This document shows, one piece after another, positions 15,112 through 25,800 of a stretch of DNA of 32,000 nt. Source of the stretch: Mycobacteriaceae bacterium (lineage in GTDB: Bacteria > Actinomycetota > Actinomycetes > Mycobacteriales > Mycobacteriaceae). Made by a program: the position numbers and the translations under genes. Each line of letters opens with the position of its first letter. The first letter of the stretch is position 1. Where the stretch lies: contig JAIENC010000217.1 of the NCBI GenBank assembly GCA_019751635.1, positions 1-32,000 on the forward strand, in the 5' to 3' direction. The notes under the pieces are model-generated. The model had not been told where the DNA came from. It did no database searches and saw only the letters and a list, made by a program, of their open reading frames with translations.

Positions 15112-16921
15112 TTCCCAAGCCCAGCGGCGGCGGTAAGGCCAGGGCATCTGTTGCATCGCGAATACCTTGCAGTGCCCCCTGCTGTAGTGCGGTAGTAACG
15201 GCGGTCCAATCGGTATCGGGCGGCGCCACTCCCAACGAGAACGAGGTGGGCACATCCTGATACGCGGTTCGGTCGTAGCCCAAGTCGACCAGCACTTTGA
15301 GGCTCGGCTGGACCAAGTCCGCGACTGGATTGCCGACAAAAGGAATCCACCGGATGGGGTCCAGCAGAGGCAGATTATCGCTGGGAATCAAGAGGTAGGT
15401 GCTGGTGGTGTCCGAGGGGGAGACGGGTTGCACTATCCCCGAAGCGATCTGGCTGGCGGTCAGGCTCGAGTAAGTGGGGTGCCGGAAGAACATGCCGGCA
15501 AAGGCATTGGTGGTTGCGAAGGGATTGAGCAGATACTGCGGAAAGTCGCTGACTCCGTCGTACTCAATCGCGTAATCGGTGGTCGGATAGAGGCTGTAGG
15601 GGTTCGCGCCGTAGAAGGTAAACCCAATCCGCTCGATGTAGGTACCGGCAAGCCGTGACAAGAAACCCCCGTTCGGGCGGCTCGGATTGCCTAAGAGGAT
15701 GAAAGACAGCTGGTCGACCAGGGGGCGTTGGTCGATCGGCAGCGACATGAGATAACCCTGCTCCAAGGTGGCTATGGTGGCACTCTGTGAATAGCCGAGG
15801 ACGACAGTGTGATTGCCGGCGGCAAGTTCTGTCATGATCTGGGTGTTAAGCAGGTTTAAGCCTTGATTGACCGATGCGTCGAAGGTCAAACTGTGCAGAC
15901 CGGTGTAGGGAAACAATTTTGAGGGCGTTACCAGAAACGCCGAGTTATATCCTGGGTACTCCGGAGTGACGAAGAGCTGCTCAATCTGTGACACGTGGGT
16001 GGGCGCAGGTATCGGGTTTAAGCCGGTACCGCCCATGATCAGCACTGTTGTTGCCAAACCGCCAATACCAACCTCGCGTTCGTTGGTGAGGAGCAGTCCG
16101 ACGTTTCCGTTGCCGGGGTTACCGAAGCCGTAGTTCCAGTTACCGGTGTTAGCGAAGCCAACATTCCAGTTTCCCGCATTGAAGTAGCCGATGTTTCGGT
16201 CACCGGTGTTGCCGATACCGAAGTTGCCGTTGCCGGTGTTGCCGATGCCGATGTTGCCGGTTCCGGTGTTGGCGATACCGATGTTGTGGTCGCCGGTGTT
16301 CCATAGGCCAATGCCGAAGGTGCCGGCGTTGCCGTAGCCGATGTTGTTGCCCTGTAGCCCCAGGCTGGCGATGGCGTTATCGATGGGGCCTTGCAGGTTC
16401 TGCAGCGATTCTTGCCAGGAAGACAAACCTGCCGCGATGGCCGATATGCCGTTGTGGTATCCCGCCATCGCGGTGACGTCTTGGGCCCACAGCTGGTCAT
16501 AGACCGCCTCGGTGGCGGCAACCGCCGGGGTGTTCTGCCCCAACAGGTTGGTGGCAATCAGGGCATTGAGCCGAATCCGATTTGCGGCCACAACCGCCGG
16601 ATGCACGGTTGCTGCCTGAGCGGCCTCGAAGGTAGTGGCTGCTGCCCGGAGCTGGCTGGCTGTGTGTTCGGCTTGAGCGCCCGCTGCGCTTAACCACGCC
16701 GCGTAGGGGGCGGCCGCATAGGCCATTGCCATCGAAGCAGAGCCCTGCCAGAACTCGGCAGTCAGTCCAGTGACTGCCGAGTTGAATGACGTCGCTGTGG
16801 CCGCTAGCTCGACGCCTAGTTGATCCCACGCTGCCGCCGCTGCCAACATGGGTCCCGGGCCCGCGCCGGTATAGATGCGGGCCGAATTGACCTCAGGCGC
16901 CAACACAGCGAAATGCGTCAT
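15098..16921 (-). CDS. PPE family protein with a central NxGxGNxG repeat tract and a C-terminal PE-PPE (alpha/beta serine hydrolase-like) domain; occupies the PPE42/Rv2608 position
   Basis: N-terminus [35 protein letters not shown]. Repeats run from aa 191 to 276. The C-terminal domain has [12 protein letters not shown] (GxSxS/G nucleophile-elbow pattern). Confidence 0.92.
   Translation of the reverse strand: MTHFAVLAPEVNSARIYTGAGPGPMLAAAAAWDQLGVELAATATSFNSAVTGLTAEFWQGSASMAMAYAAAPYAAWLSAAGAQAEHTASQLRAAATTFEAAQAATVHPAVVAANRIRLNALIATNLLGQNTPAVAATEAVYDQLWAQDVTAMAGYHNGISAIAAGLSSWQESLQNLQGPIDNAIASLGLQGNNIGYGNAGTFGIGLWNTGDHNIGIANTGTGNIGIGNTGNGNFGIGNTGDRNIGYFNAGNWNVGFANTGNWNYGFGNPGNGNVGLLLTNEREVGIGGLATTVLIMGGTGLNPIPAPTHVSQIEQLFVTPEYPGYNSAFLVTPSKLFPYTGLHSLTFDASVNQGLNLLNTQIMTELAAGNHTVVLGYSQSATIATLEQGYLMSLPIDQRPLVDQLSFILLGNPSRPNGGFLSRLAGTYIERIGFTFYGANPYSLYPTTDYAIEYDGVSDFPQYLLNPFATTNAFAGMFFRHPTYSSLTASQIASGIVQPVSPSDTTSTYLLIPSDNLPLLDPIRWIPFVGNPVADLVQPSLKVLVDLGYDRTAYQDVPTSFSLGVAPPDTDWTAVTTALQQGALQGIRDATDALALPPPLGLGITLR
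16094..16351 (-). repeat. Degenerate tandem coding repeats (NxGxGNxG pentapeptide-type) inside the PPE gene
   Basis: The peptide [85 protein letters not shown] maps here. The DNA shows reiterated gttgccgat/accgaagtt units. Confidence 0.9.
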
Positions 16922-17257
16922 TGCATTTCTGTCTTGTCCATCTCGTCCACCCCGTACACCTCAACTGCCCCAATTACCTCAGCTATCTCAGTGTTATCTC
17001 GGTTTGATCTAGTCTGTACTAGCGCAACCTCTCTACATGGTCTTTTTGTCTGCGACCAGCGAGCAGTTTGGTAGCAAAAACTCTATGACAATCCCGGGTT
17101 GATTCGGTGCGTTTCCGCTAAACAGGAGTCCCGAATTGTCGTCTGCGCCGTGGCGAATGACCCGGCATCTGCAACACGCTCCGGAGCCTTGTGCCACGCT
17201 TTAGACTGGCAGCGCATCGCAGCAGAAGAGCGCGGAAGTAAAGGAGTGCTAGAGCCA

Positions 17258-18235
17258 GTGGACGTCACCGCCCAGTCAACCGAGGCCCCATCGCAACAGA
17301 CAGCGTCGAATCAGGACTTGACAGGCAAGGTCCAGCCGGTCAACTCGGCAACGAGCCAGACCGGAACAGCCATGGTGAAACGCGGCATGGCGGAGATGCT
17401 CAAGGGCGGCGTCATCATGGACGTGGTTACCCCAGAGCAGGCCCGGATCGCCGAGGGTGCCGGTGCGGTCGCGGTGATGGCGCTGGAACGAGTACCGGCT
17501 GACATTCGTGCTCAGGGTGGGGTTTCCCGAATGAGCGACCCGGACATGATCGAGGGCATCATCGCCGCGGTCACGATCCCGGTGATGGCCAAGGCGCGCA
17601 TTGGTCACTTCGTTGAGGCGCAGATCCTGCAGAGCCTCGGTGTCGACTACATCGACGAGTCCGAGGTGCTGACCCCGGCTGATTACGCTCACCACATCGA
17701 TAAATGGAAGTTCACGGTGCCGTTCGTGTGCGGCGCAACCAACTTGGGTGAGGCATTGCGTCGGATCGGCGAGGGCGCGGCGATGATCCGCTCTAAAGGA
17801 GAGGCCGGTACCGGTGATGTCTCCAACGCCACCACCCATATGCGGGCAATTGGTGGTGAGATTCGTCGGCTGACCTCGCTGCCCGAGGATGAGCTGTATG
17901 TGGCAGCCAAAGAACTGGCGGCGCCCTATGAACTTGTTGCCGAGGTGGCCCGGGCCGGCAAACTGCCCGTGACGCTGTTTACCGCCGGCGGTATTGCCAC
18001 CCCAGCCGATGCCGCGATGATGATGCAGCTCGGTGCCGAAGGCGTTTTCGTCGGCTCGGGGATCTTCAAGTCGGGCGATCCCGCGCAACGGGCCGCAGCC
18101 ATTGTCAAGGCCGTCACCTTCTATGACGACCCTGATGTGCTGGCTCGGGTCTCGCGTGGGCTGGGTGAGCCGATGGTGGGCATCAACGTGGAAGAGTTGG
18201 CGGTTAGTCACCGGCTTGCCCAGCGCGGCTGGTAG
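17258..18235 (+). CDS. pdxS: Pyridoxal 5'-phosphate synthase, lyase subunit
   Basis: The conserved core begins at [45 protein letters not shown]. The start is uncertain: GTG 17258 follows AAGGAG (17241-17246), and ATG 17372 is an alternative. The ORF-track start at 17099 is very unlikely. Confidence 0.93.
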   Translation: MDVTAQSTEAPSQQTASNQDLTGKVQPVNSATSQTGTAMVKRGMAEMLKGGVIMDVVTPEQARIAEGAGAVAVMALERVPADIRAQGGVSRMSDPDMIEGIIAAVTIPVMAKARIGHFVEAQILQSLGVDYIDESEVLTPADYAHHIDKWKFTVPFVCGATNLGEALRRIGEGAAMIRSKGEAGTGDVSNATTHMRAIGGEIRRLTSLPEDELYVAAKELAAPYELVAEVARAGKLPVTLFTAGGIATPADAAMMMQLGAEGVFVGSGIFKSGDPAQRAAAIVKAVTFYDDPDVLARVSRGLGEPMVGINVEELAVSHRLAQRGW

Positions 18236-18245
18236 ACGCTCACCT

Positions 18246-19091
18246 GTGGCGATCGAAGAGATCCTTGATCTCGAGCAACTCGAGGTCAACATCTATCGTG
18301 GCCGGGTGTTTAGCCCGGACTCCGATAATTGGCAGCGCACCTTTGGGGGGCACGTTGCTGGCCAATCGCTGGTGTCGGCGGTGCGCACGGTGGATCCGCG
18401 GTATCAGGTTCATTCGTTGCACGGGTATTTTCTGCGCTCCGGAGATGCCAAGGCGCCCACGGTTTATCTGGTAGATCGAGTACGCGACGGCAGCTCGTTT
18501 TGCACCAGGAGGGTCAGCGCCGTGCAACACGGTGAAACAATCTTTCAGATATCGGCGTCGTTTCAGACTGCACAGGAAGGTATTGAGCACCAGGACGCGA
18601 TGCCGTCGGCGCCCGAGCCAGAGAATCTGCCTGATATTGCCGGCATGAAGGCAATTGATGATGAGGGTTTCAAAATGTTTCGGGAATGGGATCTGCGGAG
18701 GGTGCCGCGTGATGAGGTGCCTGCTTTTCCCGGCCGGGTAGCTCGACAGCAAGTCTGGTTCCGCCGTCGCGAGCCGCTGCCCGATGACCCAGTGCTGCAT
18801 ATCTGCGCGTTGGCCTACATGAGTGATCTGACCTTGCTGGGCACGGCGTGGTCGATTCACCCGGATGAACAAGATCTGCTGCAGGTTGCATCACTGGATC
18901 ATGCGCTGTGGTTTTTACGGCCGTTTCGGGCCGATGAGTGGCTGCTCTATGACCAGTCGTCACCGTCGGCCGGTGCCGGCCGTGCGTTGACCCAGGGCAA
19001 GATTTTTGACCGATCTGGAGCGATGGTGGCCGCGGTCATGCAAGAAGGGCTGACCCGTTACCCAAGCGACTACCAGCCCGGATCGGTCTAG
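18246..19091 (+). CDS. tesB2: Acyl-CoA thioesterase II
   Basis: GTG at 18246 gives a 281-aa protein beginning [19 protein letters not shown], the length I recall for the Rv2605c type. It has a double hotdog TesB pattern. It lies 10 nt after the pdxS stop. Confidence 0.9.
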   Translation: MAIEEILDLEQLEVNIYRGRVFSPDSDNWQRTFGGHVAGQSLVSAVRTVDPRYQVHSLHGYFLRSGDAKAPTVYLVDRVRDGSSFCTRRVSAVQHGETIFQISASFQTAQEGIEHQDAMPSAPEPENLPDIAGMKAIDDEGFKMFREWDLRRVPRDEVPAFPGRVARQQVWFRRREPLPDDPVLHICALAYMSDLTLLGTAWSIHPDEQDLLQVASLDHALWFLRPFRADEWLLYDQSSPSAGAGRALTQGKIFDRSGAMVAAVMQEGLTRYPSDYQPGSV

Positions 19092-19093
19092 AC

Positions 19094-19699
19094 ATGGCCG
19101 AGCCCCGAATCGGTGTGTTGGCCCTGCAGGGAGACACCAGAGAACATCTCGCGGCCCTACGCGCAGCCGGCGCCGACCCGATCTTGGTGCGCCGTCGCGC
19201 GGAGTTGGAGGTGGTGGACGCCCTGGTCATCCCGGGTGGTGAATCCACCGCCATCAGCCATCTGTTGCGTGAGTTCGATCTGTTAGAGCCGCTGCGAACG
19301 CGGCTAGCTGAGGGGCTCCCGGCCTATGGGGCGTGCGCCGGGATGGTCATGCTGGCGAGCGAAATTTTGGATGCGGGTGCACTTGGCGCCCCAGATCGTC
19401 AAGCGATTCCACTAGGGGGAATCGATATGACTGTGCGGCGCAACGCATTTGGGCGTCAAGTCGACTCATTCGAGGCCGACGTGGCGTTTGCCGGTCTTGA
19501 CGGCTCGATGCGTGCGGTGTTTATTCGTGCGCCCTGGGTGGAACGGGTGGGCGATGACGTGCAGGTGCTGGCTCGAGCTTCCGATCATATTGTTGCGGTG
19601 CGACACGGTTCGGTGCTAGCCACGGCCTTCCATCCGGAGATGACCGGTGACCGCCGTGTGCACCGGCTGTTTGTTGATATTGTCAACGGCCGCTGCTAG
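19094..19699 (+). CDS. pdxT: Pyridoxal 5'-phosphate synthase, glutaminase subunit
   Basis: [18 protein letters not shown], the catalytic Cys context ACAGMVML, and FHPEMT. It starts 2 nt after the tesB2 stop. Confidence 0.93.
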   Translation: MAEPRIGVLALQGDTREHLAALRAAGADPILVRRRAELEVVDALVIPGGESTAISHLLREFDLLEPLRTRLAEGLPAYGACAGMVMLASEILDAGALGAPDRQAIPLGGIDMTVRRNAFGRQVDSFEADVAFAGLDGSMRAVFIRAPWVERVGDDVQVLARASDHIVAVRHGSVLATAFHPEMTGDRRVHRLFVDIVNGRC

Positions 19700-19784
19700 G
19701 GAGAACCCACGTAGACTTGCTGGGGCTTATCGGCCACGGGCATCGGCTCGGAACAATTATCCGAAAAATTGAGATAGGACGGCG

Positions 19785-20540
19785 ATGAGCGGCCATTCCA
19801 AGTGGGCCACCACCAAGCACAAGAAAGCTGTCGTCGACGCTCGTCGCGGCAAGATGTTCGCCCGCCTGATTAAGAACATCGAAGTTGCGGCCCGTGTCGG
19901 TGGTGGTGATCCTGCGGGCAATCCGACCTTGTATGACGCGATTCTTAAGGCGAAGAAAAGTTCGGTGCCCAGCGACAATATTGAGCGGGCCCGGAAACGC
20001 GGCGCGGGTGAAGAGGCTGGCGGCGCCGACTGGCAAACCGTCACCTACGAGGGCTATGGCCCGAATGGGGTAGCGGTGCTGATTGAGTGTCTGACCGACA
20101 ATCGCAACCGGGCCGCCAGTGAGGTTCGGGTAGCAATGACTCGCAACGGCGGGGCCATGGCTGATCCGGGGTCGGTGGCCTACTTATTCTCTCGCAAGGG
20201 TGTGGTGACGTGCGAGAAGAACGGCCTGACCGAAGACGAAGTGTTGATGGCTGTGCTCGATGCCGGAGCCGAGGAAGTCAACGATCTTGGCGACAGCTTC
20301 GAGATCATTTCTGAGCCCAGTGATCTGGTCGCCGTGCGCAGCGCCTTGCGGGATGCCGGAATCGACTACGAGTCGGCGGAAGCCAGTTTTCAACCGTCGG
20401 TCAGCGTGCCGGCTGACCTGGACGTGGCCCGCAAGGTGTTCAAGCTCATTGATGCCTTGGAGGAAGGCGACGATGTGCAAAATGTGTGGACCAATGTCGA
20501 CGTGCCTGACGAGGTGTTGGCGGCGCTCGAGGAGGAGTGA
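19785..20540 (+). CDS. YebC/PmpR-family DNA-binding regulatory protein (Rv2603c-like)
   Basis: N-terminus [37 protein letters not shown] is diagnostic for the YebC family. Confidence 0.93.
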   Translation: MSGHSKWATTKHKKAVVDARRGKMFARLIKNIEVAARVGGGDPAGNPTLYDAILKAKKSSVPSDNIERARKRGAGEEAGGADWQTVTYEGYGPNGVAVLIECLTDNRNRAASEVRVAMTRNGGAMADPGSVAYLFSRKGVVTCEKNGLTEDEVLMAVLDAGAEEVNDLGDSFEIISEPSDLVAVRSALRDAGIDYESAEASFQPSVSVPADLDVARKVFKLIDALEEGDDVQNVWTNVDVPDEVLAALEEE

Positions 20541-20592
20541 TCGGGGCGTGTGAGTGTCCCGCTCGCGGTTGCCGGCTTTACCCGCTAAGGTA

Positions 20593-20608
20593 TCGAACAA
20601 TTGTTCGG
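20593..20608 (+). promoter_or_regulatory. Mycobacterial LexA SOS box upstream of ruvC
   Basis: TCGAACAATTGTTCGG matches the mycobacterial consensus TCGAAC-N4-GTTCGA at 11 of 12 specified positions. It sits immediately after a TANNNT hexamer (TAAGGT, 20586-20591) and 32 nt upstream of the ruvC start. Confidence 0.75.
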
Positions 20609-20639
20609 TATTGGGTGAGTTTTGGCGAAGGAGCATGTG

Positions 20640-21206
20640 GTGCGGGTTATGGGGGTCGATCCGGGTTTGACGCGGTGTGGGCTGTCGCTGGTGGAAGGTG
20701 GTAGCGGTCGGCGGATTACTGCCCTGGATGTCGATGTGGTGCGTACCGCCTCGGATCTGCCGCTCTCGCGTCGGCTGCTCGCTATCAGTGATGCCGTCGA
20801 GCATTGGTTGGACACCCATCGCCCCGACGTCCTGGCGATCGAACGTGTCTTCTCGCAGCTCAACGTGTCGACCGTGATGGGTACTGCGCAAGCCGGTGGC
20901 GTGGTGGCGTTGGCGGCGGCTAAACGCGGTATTGACGTGCATTTTCACACCCCAACTGAGGTGAAGGCCGCAGTCACGGGAAACGGTGGTGCCGACAAGG
21001 CTCAGGTCACCACGATGGTCACGAAAATCCTTGCCTTGCGCGCAAAACCGACTCCTGCCGACGCTGCCGACGCATTGGCCCTAGCAATCTGCCATTGCTG
21101 GCGCGCCCCTATGATTGCCCGGATGGCCGAAGCCCAAGCGCGGGCCGAAGCCCAAGTGGCTCGGCGGCAACGCCGTTACCCAGCGCAAGCTAGCGGGGCA
21201 CGATGA
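20640..21206 (+). CDS. ruvC: Holliday junction resolvase RuvC
   Basis: GTG at 20640 follows GAAGGAG (20627-20633) and gives 188 aa. [16 protein letters not shown] and the [13 protein letters not shown] motifs are present. Confidence 0.93.
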   Translation: MRVMGVDPGLTRCGLSLVEGGSGRRITALDVDVVRTASDLPLSRRLLAISDAVEHWLDTHRPDVLAIERVFSQLNVSTVMGTAQAGGVVALAAAKRGIDVHFHTPTEVKAAVTGNGGADKAQVTTMVTKILALRAKPTPADAADALALAICHCWRAPMIARMAEAQARAEAQVARRQRRYPAQASGAR

Positions 21207-21811
21207 TCGCCTCGGTCAGCGGTGAGGTGCTTGAGGTAGCGCTCGATCACGTGGTTATTGAGGCTACCGGCATCGGTTACCGGGTGAACGCGACCCCTGC
21301 CACGTTGGCCACGTTGCGTCCGGGCAGTAAGGCGCGGTTGGTCACCGCGATGATCGTGCGCGAAGATTCGATGACGTTGTACGGTTTCCTCGATGGCGCT
21401 AACCGCGACCTGTTTTTGATGTTGCTATCGGTCTCCGGGGTAGGGCCGCGGCTCGCCATGGCGACGTTAGCCGTGCACGACGCGTCGGCGTTATGCCAGG
21501 CCCTAGCTGAAGGCAATGTGGCCGCGCTGACCCGAGTACCGGGTATCGGCAAGCGCGGTGCCGAGCGGATGGTGCTGGAACTGCGGGAGAAAGTTAGCCT
21601 AGCCGGCCTTGCCTATTCCGCCGACACTGCCGCGCCCCATGGTCATGCCGTGCGCGGCCCGGTCGTGGATGCCTTGATTGGTCTTGGTTTTGCCGCCAAG
21701 CAGGCCCAGGAAGCCACCGACAAAGTATTGGCCAGTGATGACAATGCGGCGGCGGCGACCACCTCCGGTGTGCTGCGGGCCGCACTCTCTCTGCTGGGGA
21801 AGGCTCGGTGA
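21203..21811 (+). CDS. ruvA: Holliday junction branch-migration complex subunit RuvA
   Basis: ATGA overlap with ruv[11 protein letters not shown]...GIGYRVN and the HhH region VSGVGPRLA...[12 protein letters not shown]. Confidence 0.93.
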   Translation: MIASVSGEVLEVALDHVVIEATGIGYRVNATPATLATLRPGSKARLVTAMIVREDSMTLYGFLDGANRDLFLMLLSVSGVGPRLAMATLAVHDASALCQALAEGNVAALTRVPGIGKRGAERMVLELREKVSLAGLAYSADTAAPHGHAVRGPVVDALIGLGFAAKQAQEATDKVLASDDNAAAATTSGVLRAALSLLGKAR

Positions 21812-22869
21812 GCCGTGATGATGAGGACACCGAGGAGGAGCGTGAAGTTTCGGCTGCGCTGACCGTCGGGGAAGGCGATATTGATGCGAGCTTGCGGCCT
21901 CGCTCGTTGGGAGAGTTCATTGGCCAGCCGCGAGTATGCGAACAGTTGAAGCTGGTTATTCAGGGCGCTAAAAAGCGCGGCAGCACACCGGATCACGTTT
22001 TGTTATCCGGCCCTCCGGGATTAGGCAAAACATCGCTGGCGATGATCATCGCCAGCGAACTGGGATCGGCCTTGCGGGTGACTTCTGGGCCGGCGCTGGA
22101 GCGTGCCGGAGATCTGGCCGCGATGCTGTCCAACCTGGTGGAGCATGACGTGTTGTTCATCGATGAAATCCACCGCATCGCCCGGCCCGCTGAAGAGATG
22201 CTTTATTTGGCGATGGAAGATTTTCGGGTGGACGTCGTTGTCGGTAAAGGTCCTGGGGCGACGTCAATTCCCTTGGATGTCGCGCCGTTCACCTTGGTAG
22301 GGGCCACTACTCGTTCCGGTGCGTTGACCGGCCCGCTGCGCGATAGATTTGGTTTCACCGCCCACATGGACTTCTACGAGCCCGCTGAGCTGGAGCTCGT
22401 CTTGGCCCGTTCGGCCGGAATCTTAGGAGTTCAGCTGGGCGCTGAAGCCGGCGCGGAGGTGGCTCGGCGCTCCCGAGGAACCCCGCGGATCGCCAATCGC
22501 TTGCTGCGCCGGGTGCGGGATTTCGCCGAGGTCCGTGCGGATGGCGTCATCACCCGCGATATCGCCAAGGCGGCATTGCAAGTTTACGAAGTCGACGAAT
22601 TAGGCTTGGACAGATTGGACCGGGCGGTGTTGTCGGCCCTGACGCGTAGTTTCGGTGGTGGTCCGGTTGGGGTGTCGACACTGGCGGTGGCGGTGGGGGA
22701 GGAGGCCGCCACTGTGGAAGAAGTATGCGAGCCGTTTCTGGTGCGCGCGGGCATGATTATCCGCACTCCGCGAGGCCGTATTGCCACCCCGCGAGCTTGG
22801 GCGCATTTAGGGATGACGGTGCCGGCCGGGATGGCCGGATTTGGCGGGGTGCCCAGCCTGTTTGACTAA
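21808..22869 (+). CDS. ruvB: Holliday junction branch-migration ATPase RuvB
   Basis: GTGA overlap with ruvA. Walker [10 protein letters not shown], Walker [10 protein letters not shown], sensor [15 protein letters not shown]. Confidence 0.96.
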   Translation: MSRDDEDTEEEREVSAALTVGEGDIDASLRPRSLGEFIGQPRVCEQLKLVIQGAKKRGSTPDHVLLSGPPGLGKTSLAMIIASELGSALRVTSGPALERAGDLAAMLSNLVEHDVLFIDEIHRIARPAEEMLYLAMEDFRVDVVVGKGPGATSIPLDVAPFTLVGATTRSGALTGPLRDRFGFTAHMDFYEPAELELVLARSAGILGVQLGAEAGAEVARRSRGTPRIANRLLRRVRDFAEVRADGVITRDIAKAALQVYEVDELGLDRLDRAVLSALTRSFGGGPVGVSTLAVAVGEEAATVEEVCEPFLVRAGMIIRTPRGRIATPRAWAHLGMTVPAGMAGFGGVPSLFD

Positions 22870-22894
22870 CCGCCGGGAGTCGCCCTGGTTCGGC

Positions 22895-25800
22895 TCAGAG
22901 CAATCCGAGCAGCTGCAGATCGGTGGCGTATTTGACGATGATCGGCGCGGAGATATGCGGAATGTCTTTGTCGGGGCTGATCTTGGCGTCCTGGATCGCT
23001 GCTCGGAACCGATTGGTTGGCGCCAGCGCCCCGCAGACCGGGGTGGCCGGCTTGCGATAGTTGTGCAACAACGGCAGCAGTGAGTAGCGGCGCTGCGCAT
23101 CCGGTAGGGCCTGGATGGCTGCCTCGAACCGCTGCAACCATTGCTGATAGTCGGCAATCCGTTGGATCGGGTAGCCCGCCTCGATCAGCCAGTCCACGAA
23201 TTCGTCGAGCCCGATGCCGTCATCGTGCGGGTTCATCACGTGGTAGGTGCAGAACTCGTCACTAAGCTGAGTTCCCAATGTTGACACCGCCTCGGCTACG
23301 AATTCCACCGGCAGTCCGTCGTAATGTGCGGGTTGCCGACTGCCGTCGGCGGCTCGTTCGTAGAAGGAGCCGGGGGCAAGGCCAGTAGCCACCAGACTCA
23401 ACATCAGCCGAGTAAACATATCCGGCAGATTGAGCTGGCCACGATAGGTGGTATCGGCCAGGATCATGTCGCAACGAAACACCGCTACCGGCAGGCCACA
23501 CATGTCGTTGGCCGCCCGGAGTAGTACCTCCCCGGCCCACTTGCTGTTGGCGTAACCGTTGGCATAGCTGGCGGTACTGGCGTCGACTGTGCGGCGCGGG
23601 CTGGCTATCCGGATATCGGCGTCTTCGGTGAACTCGCCGGGTTTAATCTGGTCACCCACGCCGACCGTGGATAAGTAGATGAATGGCTTACGTCGGGAAG
23701 TGAGCGCGATCCGGATAAGCTCGGCCGTGCCGACGACGTTGGGACCAAACAGCTCGCTATAGGGCAGCACGTGGTTGACTAACGCCGCTGGATGCACAAT
23801 CAGGTCGACGGTATCGGCCAAGCGTTGCCAGGTCTGTGGATCCAGGCCAAGATTGGCCTCGCTCAAATCAGCGGCGAGCACTTCGTGATGTCCTGCAGCT
23901 AGCTCGTGGTAGTGCTGTAGCAGTTCTGGGTCGCCGCTATCGAATGTCTGATCGAGTCGATGCTGGGCGTCCGGGTTAGACTTAGCTCGCACCAGACAGA
24001 TCAGCCTGCCGTCAACCGGGGCTAGCCGTTCTAGCCATTCGAGCATCAGGTAGCGGCCCAAGAAACCGGTCACTCCGGTGAGCAGGACCGTACGGATTTG
24101 AGGGCTCGGATCGGCCAATCGTGCGGCGCCGGCCAGCGTCGCGGCGTCGAGGAATTTGTCCAACCGCAGATCGCTGGCGTGAATTTCGTTGGCATGCGCA
24201 CCATGCACCTCGGCGAAAGTCGCCCGCGGGGGGCCACCGTCATGGCTGCTCTCGATCCGGTTGGTGATGTAGTCGGCGATGGCCCGCAAATCGTTTGCTG
24301 GGCTGACAATAACGTTTACTGGCACCTCGACATCGAGGAGCTCATGCAGCAAGTTGGCAAAGGTCAACGCCGACAGGGAGTCACCGCCTAGGTCGGTGAA
24401 GTGAGCGTCCGGACCCACAGTTGCGGTCAGATCACTGGCCGTCGCGCCCAGCATGGCGGCCGCGGCGCGGCTGACCGTCTCTAATACCGGCAGGTCACGA
24501 CAACTATGACGGAGGGCGTGCAGTTCCGCTGAGCGGGTGCGAGCCAGCTCGGCGTAAAGCTGGTTGAGGCGATCGCCGTACCGCTGCTTGAGTTTCGGCC
24601 GGGCGAGCTTACGGATGCCGGTTAATAGACCATTCTCCAAAGTGAATGACTCGGTCTCGATGACAAAGTCGCGCGGGATTTCATAGGACTGTAGTCCGGC
24701 GGATTTGGCGATGTCTTGCAGGGATTGGTTGATCAGCGGTTTGAGTTCGGGCAGCGGCCAGCGTGCCAGTGCCTTGTCGGTGGGCACCACAACGGCCAGC
24801 AGATACGCGCGCGTGCTATCGCCGTAGAGGTAGATTTGCCGGATGAGCGGGCTGCTGCTGAAGACCGCTTCCAGGTTCGCCAGGGTGACGAATTCACCTT
24901 GCGCCAGCTTTACCACATTGTTGCGCCGGTCCAGATAAACCACCTGATCGGGACCGACCTCGGCCACCACGTCGCCGGTGCGGTAATAGCCGTCGGCGTC
25001 AAACACCTCGGCGTTAACCTCGGGGCGTTGGTAGTAGCCCGGGAACAGGCCCTCGGTCTTCACGAGCAGCTCGCCTCGCGGATGCGGTTGGTCGGTGCCG
25101 AAGTAGCCCAGTTCTGGCACATCGACCAGCTTGTAGTCGGTCACGTGCGGGCGCTGCACCTGACCGTCGATGATAACCACCCCGGCTTCGGTGGATCCGT
25201 AGCCTTCCACTAAGTGCATGTCGAGCAAGGATTCGACCCAGGTCCTGATCTCGGCGGAGATGGGTGCTGAGCCGGTCATCGCCCGGACGCATCGCCCACC
25301 GAGCAGCTGCTCGCGGAGTTCGGTAAGCAATTGCGCCTCGGATGCGGCCCGATCCAGTCTGTTATGGAACTCCTCGAAGAGCATCTCCCAGACTCTGGGC
25401 ACAAAATTCATCTCAGTGGGCCGCACTAAAGCCAGGTCGTCTAAGAACGTCGACAGATCACTTGTGGCAGCAAAATATGTTGTGCCGCCCCTGCTCAGGG
25501 TGCCGAATAGGGTGCCGCGTCCCAACAGGTGGCTCATCGGCATGAAACTCAGGGTGATTGCGGGTTCACCGTTTTGGGTAAAGAAGTTGTCGTCGTTTTT
25601 GCGAACCCAGAAATTGGCGACATGGCTCTCGGGATATATCGCGCCCTTGGGCGCGCCGGTGCTGCCCGAGGTATAGAGCAGCAACGCTAACTCGTCTTGG
25701 GTATCGTCTGCGTCGTCGGCGGCCACGAGTGGGGGAGCCGGCAGCGTCTTGCCCTGTTCCAGCAGTTGCGTCAGCGTCTCGAGCACTATCGGGATACCGG

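Noticed and set aside
16094-16351. Regularly spaced short repeats, considered as a CRISPR array or VNTR.
   Set aside because: They lie in frame inside the PPE gene and encode the NxGxGNxG motif. There is no spacer/repeat architecture and there are no cas genes.
17276-18292. A 338-aa ORF on the minus strand, antisense to pdxS.
   Set aside because: It is fully antisense to a very well conserved gene. Its translation is rich in R, G, H and P with no recognisable motifs, which is typical of a high-GC shadow ORF.
20184-20948. A 254-aa minus-strand ORF across yebC and ruvC.
   Set aside because: It is antisense to two conserved genes and the SOS-box spacer, is His/Arg/Gln-rich, and has no family motifs.
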